The notes beneath the pieces were generated by a model. The model was given only the letters and a program-made list of their open reading frames with translations, searched no databases and was not told the origin of the DNA. Positions 9,990 through 19,125 of a stretch of 64,000 nucleotides of DNA are shown in pieces (the first letter of the stretch is position 1; each line of letters opens with the position of its first letter). The position numbers were made by a program, and so were the translations under genes. Origin of the DNA: Nitrospirota bacterium (GTDB taxonomy: Bacteria; JACPQY01); the NCBI GenBank assembly GCA_016180645.1, contig JACPAV010000002.1, positions 300,628-364,627 on the forward strand. The letters run 5' to 3'.

Positions 9990-10050
9990 CGATTTCCCCG
10001 ATTTCCCCAATTTCGAAAGGACGGGGGTAAGCTCCCTTTCCATCAGCCGC

Positions 10051-10968
10051 TCAAAGAATCTCGTGGATGCGAAGGTAGATGTTGCCAGTTTGCGACGCCT
10101 CTCTGCGCTTTCTCAGGAGAAGCTGAATGAGATCAATGCGCCCTTCCAGAACCGCCATCAGATCGCTGCCGTCTACAAGCAGCATCATCCGGCGGCCGGA
10201 CGAGTGAGCCCTTACGCCGTCCTCCGAGAAACCATTGATCGAGAGGAAGAACCCCAGGGTGTTGTCGAGCTTACGGGCCAGCTTCCCGGCAAGAACATCC
10301 AGGTCTGCCGCACCGATAGCCTCCTGCTGCCACTTGCCCTCGAATAGGTAATCCGTAGCGTCGAAGGTGAAGGCCCCGTCGATCTGCTCTCCGACGATCT
10401 TGAAAGACGCGCGGGGGTCCAGATCAAAGAGTTCAAACAGCTCGCGAATGATCTTCTCCAAGCGGTAGCCGCGCTGCTGCGGCTCTTGGGAGTTCAAGAG
10501 GCTGAAGTATTCCTTTGTCAGATCCTCCAGCTTGGACCGGACGGCTGTCGTCCGGAGCATCTCCTCATGCGCTTTCCGCCGTCGCTCCTCCATCCGCTTC
10601 TGCTCGTCAAACAGAGCTTCGTGGGCTTCTGTCAGTTTCCGAAGCGCCCGTACGGACGCACGAGCTGCGGCAGCCTTCTCCTTTCCGCCCTCAAGACGCT
10701 CCAGATGCGAGAAGTCGTCGACTCTCGCGACCTCTGCCATCAACCTGAGGATGTCCGCCTGGTATTCATCCTGCCGGCGCTCAAGAAAGCCAATCAACTC
10801 GCTGACGATGTTCCTCTTGTAGTCACCCCAATTTAGACGGCTCAGCAAGGCCGGGTTGGTGACCGTGGTCGTCAGGAAGCTCCTGAGATCGCCCTTGTAC
10901 CAGTAGAGATTGGTCAGAGCATCTTTGAGAGCGACGATCGCGGCTGACGCGATCTTCTTGGTCGACAT
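10051..10968 (-). CDS. Mrr-like restriction endonuclease (C-terminal PD-(D/E)xK domain)
   Basis: RGYRLEKII...EQIDGAF...YLFEGKWQ...GFFLSINGFS; helical N-terminal domain. Confidence 0.8.
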   Translation of the reverse strand: MSTKKIASAAIVALKDALTNLYWYKGDLRSFLTTTVTNPALLSRLNWGDYKRNIVSELIGFLERRQDEYQADILRLMAEVARVDDFSHLERLEGGKEKAAAARASVRALRKLTEAHEALFDEQKRMEERRRKAHEEMLRTTAVRSKLEDLTKEYFSLLNSQEPQQRGYRLEKIIRELFELFDLDPRASFKIVGEQIDGAFTFDATDYLFEGKWQQEAIGAADLDVLAGKLARKLDNTLGFFLSINGFSEDGVRAHSSGRRMMLLVDGSDLMAVLEGRIDLIQLLLRKRREASQTGNIYLRIHEIL

Positions 10969-10993
10969 GTGCGTCTCTAGTGTTCCTCCAGGT

Positions 10994-11032
10994 GGCTAAC
11001 GCTCCGGTTCAGCGGCGGCGGAACGCCGTCCG
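10994..11032 (-). other. Half attC-like integron recombination site
   Basis: Minus strand reads cggacggcgttccgccgccgctgaaccggagcGTTAGCC, 25 nt before the nuclease ATG; the other half is missing. Confidence 0.5.
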
Positions 11033-11052
11033 TGCATTTGGGGCGTGCATTT

Positions 11053-11141
11053 GGGGTCAACTCCACACACTTGACAGAACGGACGGTCGGGTCAGTCCGA
11101 CGGGAGCGGAGTGCCTTGTGTACAGAGTGTAGAGCTCCTCC
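11053..11141. repeat. GGGGTCA..TTGACA / TGT..AGAG..CCC inverted-repeat element
   Basis: Left arm GGGGTCAACTCCACACACTTGACA, degenerate right arm tgtacagagtgtagagctcctccc; 13-bp tandem duplication cgtgcatttgggg at its edge. Confidence 0.65.
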
Positions 11142-11265
11142 CAATACTTGCCTTGCTTGGTCCCCCAACATCGGATGGAAGATTCCCACGGCGGTCTTGG
11201 TGCTGTCAAGCGCGGGGAAAGCACATTTGAAAACCGCAGGAGGGGTCTGATAGAGTGAAACCCTC

Positions 11266-12330
11266 ATGAAAGGTCTCATCCTCAGCGGCGGGAAGGGCAC
11301 GCGGCTCCGCCCGATGACGTACACGAGCGCGAAGCAACTCCTCCCCGTTGCCAATAAGCCGATCATCTTCTATGGAATTGAAGCTCTCCGCGAAGCGGGA
11401 ATCGTAGACATCGGAATCATTGTCGGAGAAACCAAGAAGGAAATCGTCGAAGCGGTGGGCGACGGCTCGCGATGGGGCGTGTCGATCACGTACATCGAGC
11501 AGGACGCCCCCCTCGGACTGGCCCACGCGGTCAAGACGGCCCGAGACTATCTCAAGAAAGATCGTTTCGTCATGTATCTCGGCGACAACCTCCTCCTCGA
11601 AGGCATCAAGAAGTGGGCCGACCTCTACAGCCAGGATAATGCTCATTCTCACATTCTGCTCGTGAAGGTGCCAAACCCGTCCTCCTTTGGAGTGGCCGAG
11701 GTGAAGGATGGGCGTGTGGTGAAGCTCGTCGAGAAACCGAAGCAGCCGAAGAGCGATCTCGCTCTGGTCGGGGTTTATTTCTTCGATCACCACGTGTTTG
11801 AGGCCGTGGATCAACTGAAACCCTCGGCGCGTGGCGAACTGGAAATTACCGATGCCATCCAGTGGCTCGTCGATCACGATTTCAAGGTCGTCCCCCACCA
11901 GATCACGGGGTGGTGGAAGGACACCGGCAAGCTGGAGGATATCCTGGAGGCAAACCGGATGGTGCTCGACAATCTCACGATGCGCGTGGAGGGAAAAGTC
12001 AGCGAGTCGTCACGCGTGGAATTCAAAGTTGTGATCGAGCAGGGCGCCGAAATCGTCGGCAGCGTCGTCCGCGGGCCCGCGATTATCGGCCGCGGGGCAC
12101 GGGTGGAGGGATCCTACGTCGGGCCTTTCACGGCCATCGGGGAGAATGCGGTGATCCAGAACAGCGAAGTGGAGCACAGCATCATCCTGGGAGGCAGCCG
12201 GATTCTCGATCTGGAAGGGCGCATTGAAGACAGCCTGGTGGGAAAGGACAGCGTGATCACACGGGCGAAGAAGTTCCCGCGGGTGCACCGGTTCATGATC
12301 GGAGACAGTTCCCAGGTCGAAATCGTTTGA
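11266..12330 (+). CDS. rmlA: Glucose-1-phosphate thymidylyltransferase (long form)
   Basis: GLILSGGKGTRLRP, KQLLPVANKP, EKP, SARGELEITDA; hexapeptide-repeat C-terminus. Confidence 0.93.
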   Translation: MKGLILSGGKGTRLRPMTYTSAKQLLPVANKPIIFYGIEALREAGIVDIGIIVGETKKEIVEAVGDGSRWGVSITYIEQDAPLGLAHAVKTARDYLKKDRFVMYLGDNLLLEGIKKWADLYSQDNAHSHILLVKVPNPSSFGVAEVKDGRVVKLVEKPKQPKSDLALVGVYFFDHHVFEAVDQLKPSARGELEITDAIQWLVDHDFKVVPHQITGWWKDTGKLEDILEANRMVLDNLTMRVEGKVSESSRVEFKVVIEQGAEIVGSVVRGPAIIGRGARVEGSYVGPFTAIGENAVIQNSEVEHSIILGGSRILDLEGRIEDSLVGKDSVITRAKKFPRVHRFMIGDSSQVEIV

Positions 12331-12337
12331 GGCGGAG

Positions 12338-13363
12338 ATGAAGCTGCTCGTCACAGGCGGCGCGGGTTTCATCGGGTCGGCGTTCATCCGGCTGGTTCTC
12401 CGCGAGAGAGCCGCATGGAGCGTCGTTAACGTCGACACGCTCACCTACGCGGGTAATCTGGAGAATCTTGCCGAGGTCGAAACCAACTCCCGGTACCAAT
12501 TCGTCAAGGCGGACATCACGGACGGCAAGGCGATCCAGGAGGTCCTATCGAACGGATTGGATGCCATTGTCCATTTTGCCGCCGAAAGTCACGTAGATCG
12601 GAGCATTCAGGACTCCCATCCGTTCATCGCCACCAACGTCCTCGGCACACAAATCCTCCTCGATGCGGCCCGCGCGCGCAAGGTTCCCCGTTTTCTCCAC
12701 ATATCCACCGATGAAGTCTACGGCTCACTCGGGGAGACAGGCCACTTCACCGAGGACAGCCCCTTGCAACCCAACAGCCCTTACGCGGCCACAAAAGCCG
12801 CCGCCGACCTTCTTGTGAGAGCCGCCTTCGTCACCCACAAGATGGGCGCTCTGATCACGCGCTCGTCCAACAACTACGGCCCCTACCAGTTTCCCGAGAA
12901 GCTCATCCCGCTCATGATCACGAATGCGATGGACGATCAGCCGCTTCCCGTCTACGGCAAGGGCGAGAACGTGCGGGATTGGACGTATGTGGACGACAAC
13001 GCGAGGGGGATCCTCACGGTTCTGGAGAAGGGCAAGGACGGCGAGGTGTACAACATCGGCGCCGGGGAGGAGCGGAGAAATCTCGAAATCTGTGAAATCA
13101 TCCTAAAGGAACTTGGGAAGTCTCGATCGCTCCTTCGTTTTGTGACGGATCGGCCGGGGCACGACTGGCGGTACGCGCTAAAGAGCGACAAGGTCCGTGC
13201 ACTCGGCTGGTCGCCCGCTCTCGATCTGCCGCGCGGCCTCCATCAAACCGTGGAATGGTACAAAGCCCAACGCACATGGTGGGAGCGCGTCAAGTCCGGC
13301 GAATACAAGAACTACTACGAACAGGCGTACGGTCGCAGGCTCCAGGCCGCTCGCGCTCGCTGA
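12338..13363 (+). CDS. rmlB: dTDP-glucose 4,6-dehydratase
   Basis: VTGGAGFIGS, HFAAESHVDRSI, STDEVYG, YAATK, DRPGHD. Confidence 0.95.
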   Translation: MKLLVTGGAGFIGSAFIRLVLRERAAWSVVNVDTLTYAGNLENLAEVETNSRYQFVKADITDGKAIQEVLSNGLDAIVHFAAESHVDRSIQDSHPFIATNVLGTQILLDAARARKVPRFLHISTDEVYGSLGETGHFTEDSPLQPNSPYAATKAAADLLVRAAFVTHKMGALITRSSNNYGPYQFPEKLIPLMITNAMDDQPLPVYGKGENVRDWTYVDDNARGILTVLEKGKDGEVYNIGAGEERRNLEICEIILKELGKSRSLLRFVTDRPGHDWRYALKSDKVRALGWSPALDLPRGLHQTVEWYKAQRTWWERVKSGEYKNYYEQAYGRRLQAARAR

Positions 13364-13369
13364 CATGGC

Positions 13370-15214
13370 ATGAGCGCCGACAGCGCGCTCCTCGAAAAAA
13401 TCGGGCGGTTTCCCCACTCCCCTGGCGTTTACCTCATGAAATCGGCCCGCGGGGACGTTCTCTATGTCGGCAAATCCACCGACCTCCGCTCCCGCGTGAG
13501 GCAGTACTTCGCGGGACAGGATACCCGGCCGCGCATCCACTCCCTCATGAAACAAGTCTCCGATGTGGACTGCATCGTCACCGCGAGCGAAAAAGAGGCC
13601 CTCCTACTCGAAAATTCGCTGATCAAGGAGCACCAGGCTCCTTACAACGTGTCGTTCCGCGACGACAAGGACTATCTCTGGCTCAAGATGGACATGCGGC
13701 ATGATTTCCCCCGCCTGGTCTTCGTGCGCCGCCCCAAACACGATCAGTCCAAGCTATTCGGTCCCTTCGCCTCCGCGCGGGCGGCGCGGGAAACCGTCCG
13801 ATTCGTCAGCTCGATGTTCCCCCTCCGCACCTGCTCCGATTTCGAGTTCGCGAACCGGAGCCGACCCTGCCTCGAATACCAGATGATGCGATGTCCCGCC
13901 CCGTGCGTCGGCAACATAAGCCGGGAGGATTACGGGAATCGCGCCAGGGAGGCGATGCTATTCCTGAGCGGAAAGAGATCGGAGGTCGTGCGCGAGCTGG
14001 AAGCCGAGATGGCCGCCCTCTCCGCCGAGGAACGCTTCGAAGAGGCGGCCGCGGTCCGCGACCGGATCGACGCCATCCGGAAAACACTCGAACCGCAGTC
14101 GGTGAATCGGGCGGAATCCCAGGACCAGGACGTGCTAGGCATGGCGAGAGAGGCCGATCGGTTGACCGTCATCCTCATGGCCATCCGGCAGGGGAAACTG
14201 ACGGACACCAAGACCTACCACCGGCACGATGTTATGGAAGACGATCCCGAAGTTCTGGCCGCGTTTCTCTTGCAGCACTACGAGAAGAACGCCGTCCCAA
14301 GTCAGATTCTGCTCCCTTTTTCCGTTGCCGGCATGGAAGAGATGCAGGGGGAACTGAAATCCAAGGCCCTGCACGCGGTATCTCTGGAGGTTCCGGAGAG
14401 GGGCATGCGCAAGTCGCTGACCGAACTGGCGAGGAAGAATGCGGAGAATGCGCTTCAAATCGCCCGGCGGGAAGAGGAGCGGAATCATGATCTGCTTGCC
14501 GGTCTCCAAAAAGAGCTCTCTCTCCGGAATTTCCCCGCCGTGATGGACTGTCTGGACATCTCCAACATTTCGGGCGAGCACGCCGTGGGATCGGCCGTTG
14601 TCTTCAGAGACGGGATTGCGTCGAAAAAAGATTACCGGAAGTTCCGTGTTCGCCTTCGGACGTCGGATGGAACCACGCTCGTGGATGACTACGCCATGAT
14701 GCGCGAGGTGGTCCGTCGAAGATACGCGCGCCTTCTCCGGGAGTCCAAACCGCTGCCGGATTTGATCGTCATTGATGGCGGACGAGGGCACGTCGAGGCT
14801 GCCCGCACTGTTTTGGCGGAGTTGAACGCGGAGACTGATCTGATCGGCTTGGCGAAGGACAAGGAATCAGGAGTCCAGCCCCGTGTGGATAGGGTTTACA
14901 AGGCCGGGGCCGTCGCCCCAATCATCCTTTCAAGCAACGCGGCGGCCGCCTTCGTTCTGATGCGGTTGAGGGACGAAGCGCACCGGTTCGCCATCACCTA
15001 CCATCGGGTCCTGAGATCGAAAAACACCATCGCCGGCGAACTTGAAAAGATTCCGGGAATCGGGCCGAAGACCTTGCGAAAAATCATGCGGGCATTTGGA
15101 AGCCCGGACGCAGTGAAAAAGGCCACAGTGGAGGATCTTGTGGGCAGGGGGAAACTGCATGCGGCACTCGCCGATCGATTGTATCGCCACTTTCATCCTG
15201 AGACACCCGCCTGA
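13370..15214 (+). CDS. uvrC: Excinuclease ABC subunit C
   Basis: GIY-YIG (PGVYLMK..LYVGKS), Cys cluster, DISN, DDYAMM, IDGGRGH, RDEAHRFAI, HhH. Confidence 0.97.
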   Translation: MSADSALLEKIGRFPHSPGVYLMKSARGDVLYVGKSTDLRSRVRQYFAGQDTRPRIHSLMKQVSDVDCIVTASEKEALLLENSLIKEHQAPYNVSFRDDKDYLWLKMDMRHDFPRLVFVRRPKHDQSKLFGPFASARAARETVRFVSSMFPLRTCSDFEFANRSRPCLEYQMMRCPAPCVGNISREDYGNRAREAMLFLSGKRSEVVRELEAEMAALSAEERFEEAAAVRDRIDAIRKTLEPQSVNRAESQDQDVLGMAREADRLTVILMAIRQGKLTDTKTYHRHDVMEDDPEVLAAFLLQHYEKNAVPSQILLPFSVAGMEEMQGELKSKALHAVSLEVPERGMRKSLTELARKNAENALQIARREEERNHDLLAGLQKELSLRNFPAVMDCLDISNISGEHAVGSAVVFRDGIASKKDYRKFRVRLRTSDGTTLVDDYAMMREVVRRRYARLLRESKPLPDLIVIDGGRGHVEAARTVLAELNAETDLIGLAKDKESGVQPRVDRVYKAGAVAPIILSSNAAAAFVLMRLRDEAHRFAITYHRVLRSKNTIAGELEKIPGIGPKTLRKIMRAFGSPDAVKKATVEDLVGRGKLHAALADRLYRHFHPETPA

Positions 15215-15229
15215 TCCTGGGCGCATGCC

Positions 15230-17668
15230 GTGAATCCGCCGCCTCCACGGCAGGCCACGCCGCTCATTCAATCCCTCTTCCTTCAGCCGCTCATCGTGTG
15301 TCTGGCCGGTGTCGCAATCGGCATCCTCCTCTCGTCATCCATCCATTTCTCGCTCCCCATCCTTCTCATTCTGGATGCCATTCTCGTATTGCCCCTGATT
15401 TGGACTCACACCAAACCCACGCTCTACCTCTTCCTGCTCCTCGCGACGGCCGCCTTATTCGGAGCAGCAAGGACAAGGGCATCCCTCACCCCTCCAGCCT
15501 CAGACGACGTTTCCAAGTCGGATTCCAGCAAGTCGGTCATTCTCGAAGGTCAGATCGACGAGGTTCCGGATCTGACCCGCAATGGAACACGCTTTGTGCT
15601 CCGCGCCACCAGGCGGATTCTGGGTCCGGCGGAATGGCAGCCGCTCACCGGGCGAATCCTCATCTACCTGCCGGAGAAGATTCCCGATCTCGCTTTCGGC
15701 GACAGGCTCCGAGCACGCGTGAAGGTCTCGCCACCCCGGAACTACCGGACGCCCGGGGCGTTTGACTACGTCCGGCACCTGGAACGTCGGAACATCCATG
15801 TTGTGGGCTATGTGCATGACAGCCGTCACCTCGCCGTGCTCGGTGATCGGCCCTCGACCGGTTTTCGCGGTTGGATCCTTCGCGTTCGGAATCGATTGGA
15901 TGACGCACTCTCCCGCCACTTCCCGCCGCGATCGGCGGGCCTGGCCAAGGCCTTCCTCATCGGCCGGCGCGACGCTCTGTCCGAGCAGGATGAAGATATT
16001 TTCCGCCGGGCGGGCGTTGTTCACATTCTATCCGTGTCCGGACTGCACATGGGCGTGGTGGGCCTGTCGGTCTTCGCCGTTCTCTGGCGCCTTCTCGCCG
16101 CGATTCCGGGGCTTGCGCTGCGAATGTCCGTCCGAAAAATGGCGGCCGTGTTCGCCATCGGGCCGACGGTCTTGTACCTCTTCCTCTCCGGAGCGGAACC
16201 GCCGGCCGTCCGCTCCACTCTCCTGATCGGGCTTTTCTGCATGGCCCAGTTGGTGGAGAGGCCGAAAGAACCGTTCCACGCCCTCGCTGTTTCGGCGCTC
16301 ATCATGCTGGTTGCCCGCCCCCTTCTTCTGTTCGACATTTCATTCCAGCTCACGTTTCTCTCTGTCCTCGGCATTCTGATGGCCATGCACGGCTTTCCCG
16401 TCCTGGAGTTCGATGCTGAAGGTATCACTCGCATCTTGTTCAAACCGATCCGGGGGCTTATTCAGGGCCTGACCGCCACGATCGGGGCCACGCTGCTTAC
16501 CGCTCCGCTCGTCCTTCAAGCGTTCAACCTTTTCTCTCCGGTCGCCATTCTCTCGAACCTGGTGATCGCGCCCCTGTCGAGCGTGGCCGTCGTTCTTCTC
16601 CTCCTGCTGACGCCTGCGGCCCTGTCGGGATCGTCCATCCTTCCGGTCCTAATCACCCCGGTTCAGGCCCTCCTGAATGGAATCACGGATTGCGCGAAGC
16701 TCCTCTCCAATCTCCCCGCCGCCTCCCTCTGGCTGCCGGAACCCACCCTCACAGAAACCTGCCTCCTTGTCACCCTGGGCACAAGCCTCCTGTTGATCCG
16801 GAGGCGCGTGGGACGCGCAGGGCTCGCGCTCTCAGTTCTTGGCCTGGGCGCGGTTATGGGCGGAGGCTTCCTCCACGAACACCGTGCGGGGACCTTCAAG
16901 GCCGTCTTCCTCGATGTCGGGCAGGGAGACTCCGCCTGGGTCCGGCTTCCCTCGGGTAAGACCATGCTGATCGATGCCGGTGGAGGGGCCTTTCAGACCT
17001 TCGACGTGGGAAAAAACGTCGTGGCCCGATACCTCTGGTTGCGAAAACAACTCCGCGTGGATGTTCTGGCCATTTCGCATCCTCATCCGGACCACGCGGA
17101 TGGGGCAAAGTTCATCCTCGAACACTTTCGGGTCGGGGAGCTGTGGACATCGCCCGAATTCCCCGGCCCGGACGGCTACGGTGCCGAACTTCTGGACATC
17201 GCAAAGCACAAGGGAATCCCCCACCGCGTGCTCCAGGCAGGGGACGTCGCATGGCAGGGACCGAGCGAGATCATCCGCGCTCTTGCACCGCCGACGGCGC
17301 TTTACGATGACGTCAACGACAACTCACTGGTACTCCGAATTGATGCGGATGGCGCGAACGCACTTTTCCCCGGCGATATCGGAACCCGATCCGAAACCCG
17401 GATGTGGCTCGCCGGTGAGGATCTACACGCCGCTTTGCTTAAAGTCCCTCACCACGGCTCGCGCACCTCCAGTTCGGAAGCGTTTCTGCAAGCGGTCCTC
17501 CCGAAGCATGCGGTCGTTTCGGTGGGAGCGGACAATCGATACGGACTTCCCGATGAAGAAATCTTGGAGCGAATTGCTAAGGTTGGTGCTGAAGTTGTGC
17601 GATTGGATCAGACCGGCGCCGTCGCCTTCGAATGGAAGAATGGAAAATGGCAAAGGGCGACTCCATAG
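15230..17668 (+). CDS. comEC: Competence protein ComEC/Rec2
   Basis: HILSVSGLHMG, FQLTF, metallo-beta-lactamase domain (DVGQGD, SHPHPDH, KVPHHGS). Confidence 0.95.
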   Translation: MNPPPPRQATPLIQSLFLQPLIVCLAGVAIGILLSSSIHFSLPILLILDAILVLPLIWTHTKPTLYLFLLLATAALFGAARTRASLTPPASDDVSKSDSSKSVILEGQIDEVPDLTRNGTRFVLRATRRILGPAEWQPLTGRILIYLPEKIPDLAFGDRLRARVKVSPPRNYRTPGAFDYVRHLERRNIHVVGYVHDSRHLAVLGDRPSTGFRGWILRVRNRLDDALSRHFPPRSAGLAKAFLIGRRDALSEQDEDIFRRAGVVHILSVSGLHMGVVGLSVFAVLWRLLAAIPGLALRMSVRKMAAVFAIGPTVLYLFLSGAEPPAVRSTLLIGLFCMAQLVERPKEPFHALAVSALIMLVARPLLLFDISFQLTFLSVLGILMAMHGFPVLEFDAEGITRILFKPIRGLIQGLTATIGATLLTAPLVLQAFNLFSPVAILSNLVIAPLSSVAVVLLLLLTPAALSGSSILPVLITPVQALLNGITDCAKLLSNLPAASLWLPEPTLTETCLLVTLGTSLLLIRRRVGRAGLALSVLGLGAVMGGGFLHEHRAGTFKAVFLDVGQGDSAWVRLPSGKTMLIDAGGGAFQTFDVGKNVVARYLWLRKQLRVDVLAISHPHPDHADGAKFILEHFRVGELWTSPEFPGPDGYGAELLDIAKHKGIPHRVLQAGDVAWQGPSEIIRALAPPTALYDDVNDNSLVLRIDADGANALFPGDIGTRSETRMWLAGEDLHAALLKVPHHGSRTSSSEAFLQAVLPKHAVVSVGADNRYGLPDEEILERIAKVGAEVVRLDQTGAVAFEWKNGKWQRATP

Positions 17669-17808
17669 TCACCCTTTGAAACTCTATCCCTGTATTCAGC
17701 CAGAACGCCCTCCGTCCTGCCGAAGGCCACCGTCGCCTTATCTGATCGTCAGAACTCGGCCAAAGTTTAGCGTTTTACACTCGGGGCCTTCTCCGCAACA
17801 ATGCGCGC

Positions 17809-18963
17809 ATGCGAATACTGGTCACAGGCATCGATGGGTACATCGGCTGGCCGCTGGCGCTGCGCCTTTCCCGAAGGCTTCCGAAAGCGAAAATCGTGGG
17901 CGTGGACAATCTGGCACGCCGAAAATGGGTGCGGGAATCGAAATCCACCTCTGCAATCCCGATCCAAGGAATGGAAACCCGGCTCAAAGCCGCCCGCGCG
18001 AACGGGTTTGAACGCATCTCCTTTCAGAAATTGGACCTCACCCGGCTGGACGAAGTCCACGATCTGATCCGGCGGACCAAGCCCGACCTTATCCTTCATC
18101 TTGCGGCACAACCGTCGGCGCCCTACTCCGAGTCGAGTCCCGCACGGGCCCATTACACCCAGGCCAACAACGTGCTCGGCACGCTGAACCTGCTTTGGAG
18201 TTTGCGGAAAACGGGTTTGGAGAAAGATTGCACGTTCGTCGAAACGACCACGATGGGCATTTATGGCGCTCCGGAGATTCCGATTCCCGAGGGATTCCTC
18301 GACGTGAGCCGGGATGGAAAACAGGATCGGCTTCCCTATCCCGGCCTGGCGAGTTCCTGGTACCACATGACCAAGGCCCACGACTTCAACAACCTCTACC
18401 TCGCACACCGCCAGTGGAAACTGAAGGCGATCGATCTTCGCACGGCCATCGTCTACGGGACCGGAACCGTGGAAACGAGCGTCCATCCACACCTCGCTAC
18501 CCGTTTCGATTTCGATTTCTACTTTGGGATCGTCATCAATCGATTTTGCGCGATGGCCATGATCGGCCACCCCATCAGCATCTATGGTACGGGCGAGAGG
18601 GGCAAACCGTTCATTGCGCTGGAGGACTGCGTCGAGTCGCTCGTGCGCATCGCCGAGAAGCCGCCCGCGGGCGGTTTCCACGTTCTCAATCAGTTCACGG
18701 AGATCGTGACCATTACGGAACTCGCCCGCCTCGTGGAGGCGGCAGCGCAAGAGCTGAACTTGAAGTGCGAAATGAATTGGATCGAAAATCCGCGTTCAGA
18801 GAAGGACGTTCACAAGATGGCCGTGGACTCTCCGGCCTTTCAGCGTCTGCTCGGCGAGCCCAAAGTCCGGGTCAGCGCCGGCATCCGCGAGATCATGAAA
18901 CGTCTCCTCCCCGCCCGCCCCGTCATCGAAAACCACCGCTCCGCCATCCTGCCGAAAAAATAG
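17809..18963 (+). CDS. sqdB: UDP-sulfoquinovose synthase-like extended SDR (SqdB/Agl3)
   Basis: GIDGYIGWP, VDNLARR, HLAAQPSAPYS, TMGIYG, YHMTK, TRFDFD, INRFC. Confidence 0.8.
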   Translation: MRILVTGIDGYIGWPLALRLSRRLPKAKIVGVDNLARRKWVRESKSTSAIPIQGMETRLKAARANGFERISFQKLDLTRLDEVHDLIRRTKPDLILHLAAQPSAPYSESSPARAHYTQANNVLGTLNLLWSLRKTGLEKDCTFVETTTMGIYGAPEIPIPEGFLDVSRDGKQDRLPYPGLASSWYHMTKAHDFNNLYLAHRQWKLKAIDLRTAIVYGTGTVETSVHPHLATRFDFDFYFGIVINRFCAMAMIGHPISIYGTGERGKPFIALEDCVESLVRIAEKPPAGGFHVLNQFTEIVTITELARLVEAAAQELNLKCEMNWIENPRSEKDVHKMAVDSPAFQRLLGEPKVRVSAGIREIMKRLLPARPVIENHRSAILPKK

Positions 18964-18988
18964 CAGGGCTGGCGTTCAGCGCGCTAAT

Positions 18989-19063
18989 TCAGGAGGCGGA
19001 CGAACGGAGGGCCTTGGCGCCCGGAAAGATGGCGCGTTGGCCAAGGAGTTCCTCGATGCGGAG
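18989..19063 (-). pseudogene. eno: Displaced duplicate 3' end of enolase (att site of the island)
   Basis: [24 protein letters not shown] versus the eno end [24 protein letters not shown]; 19044-19063 is identical to 29918-29937. Confidence 0.9.
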
Positions 19064-19125
19064 ATGAGGCACCCCGCGTGAACCCAACCTTTGCCTGTTC
19101 GGTACTGTAACAATACAATGGCGCC

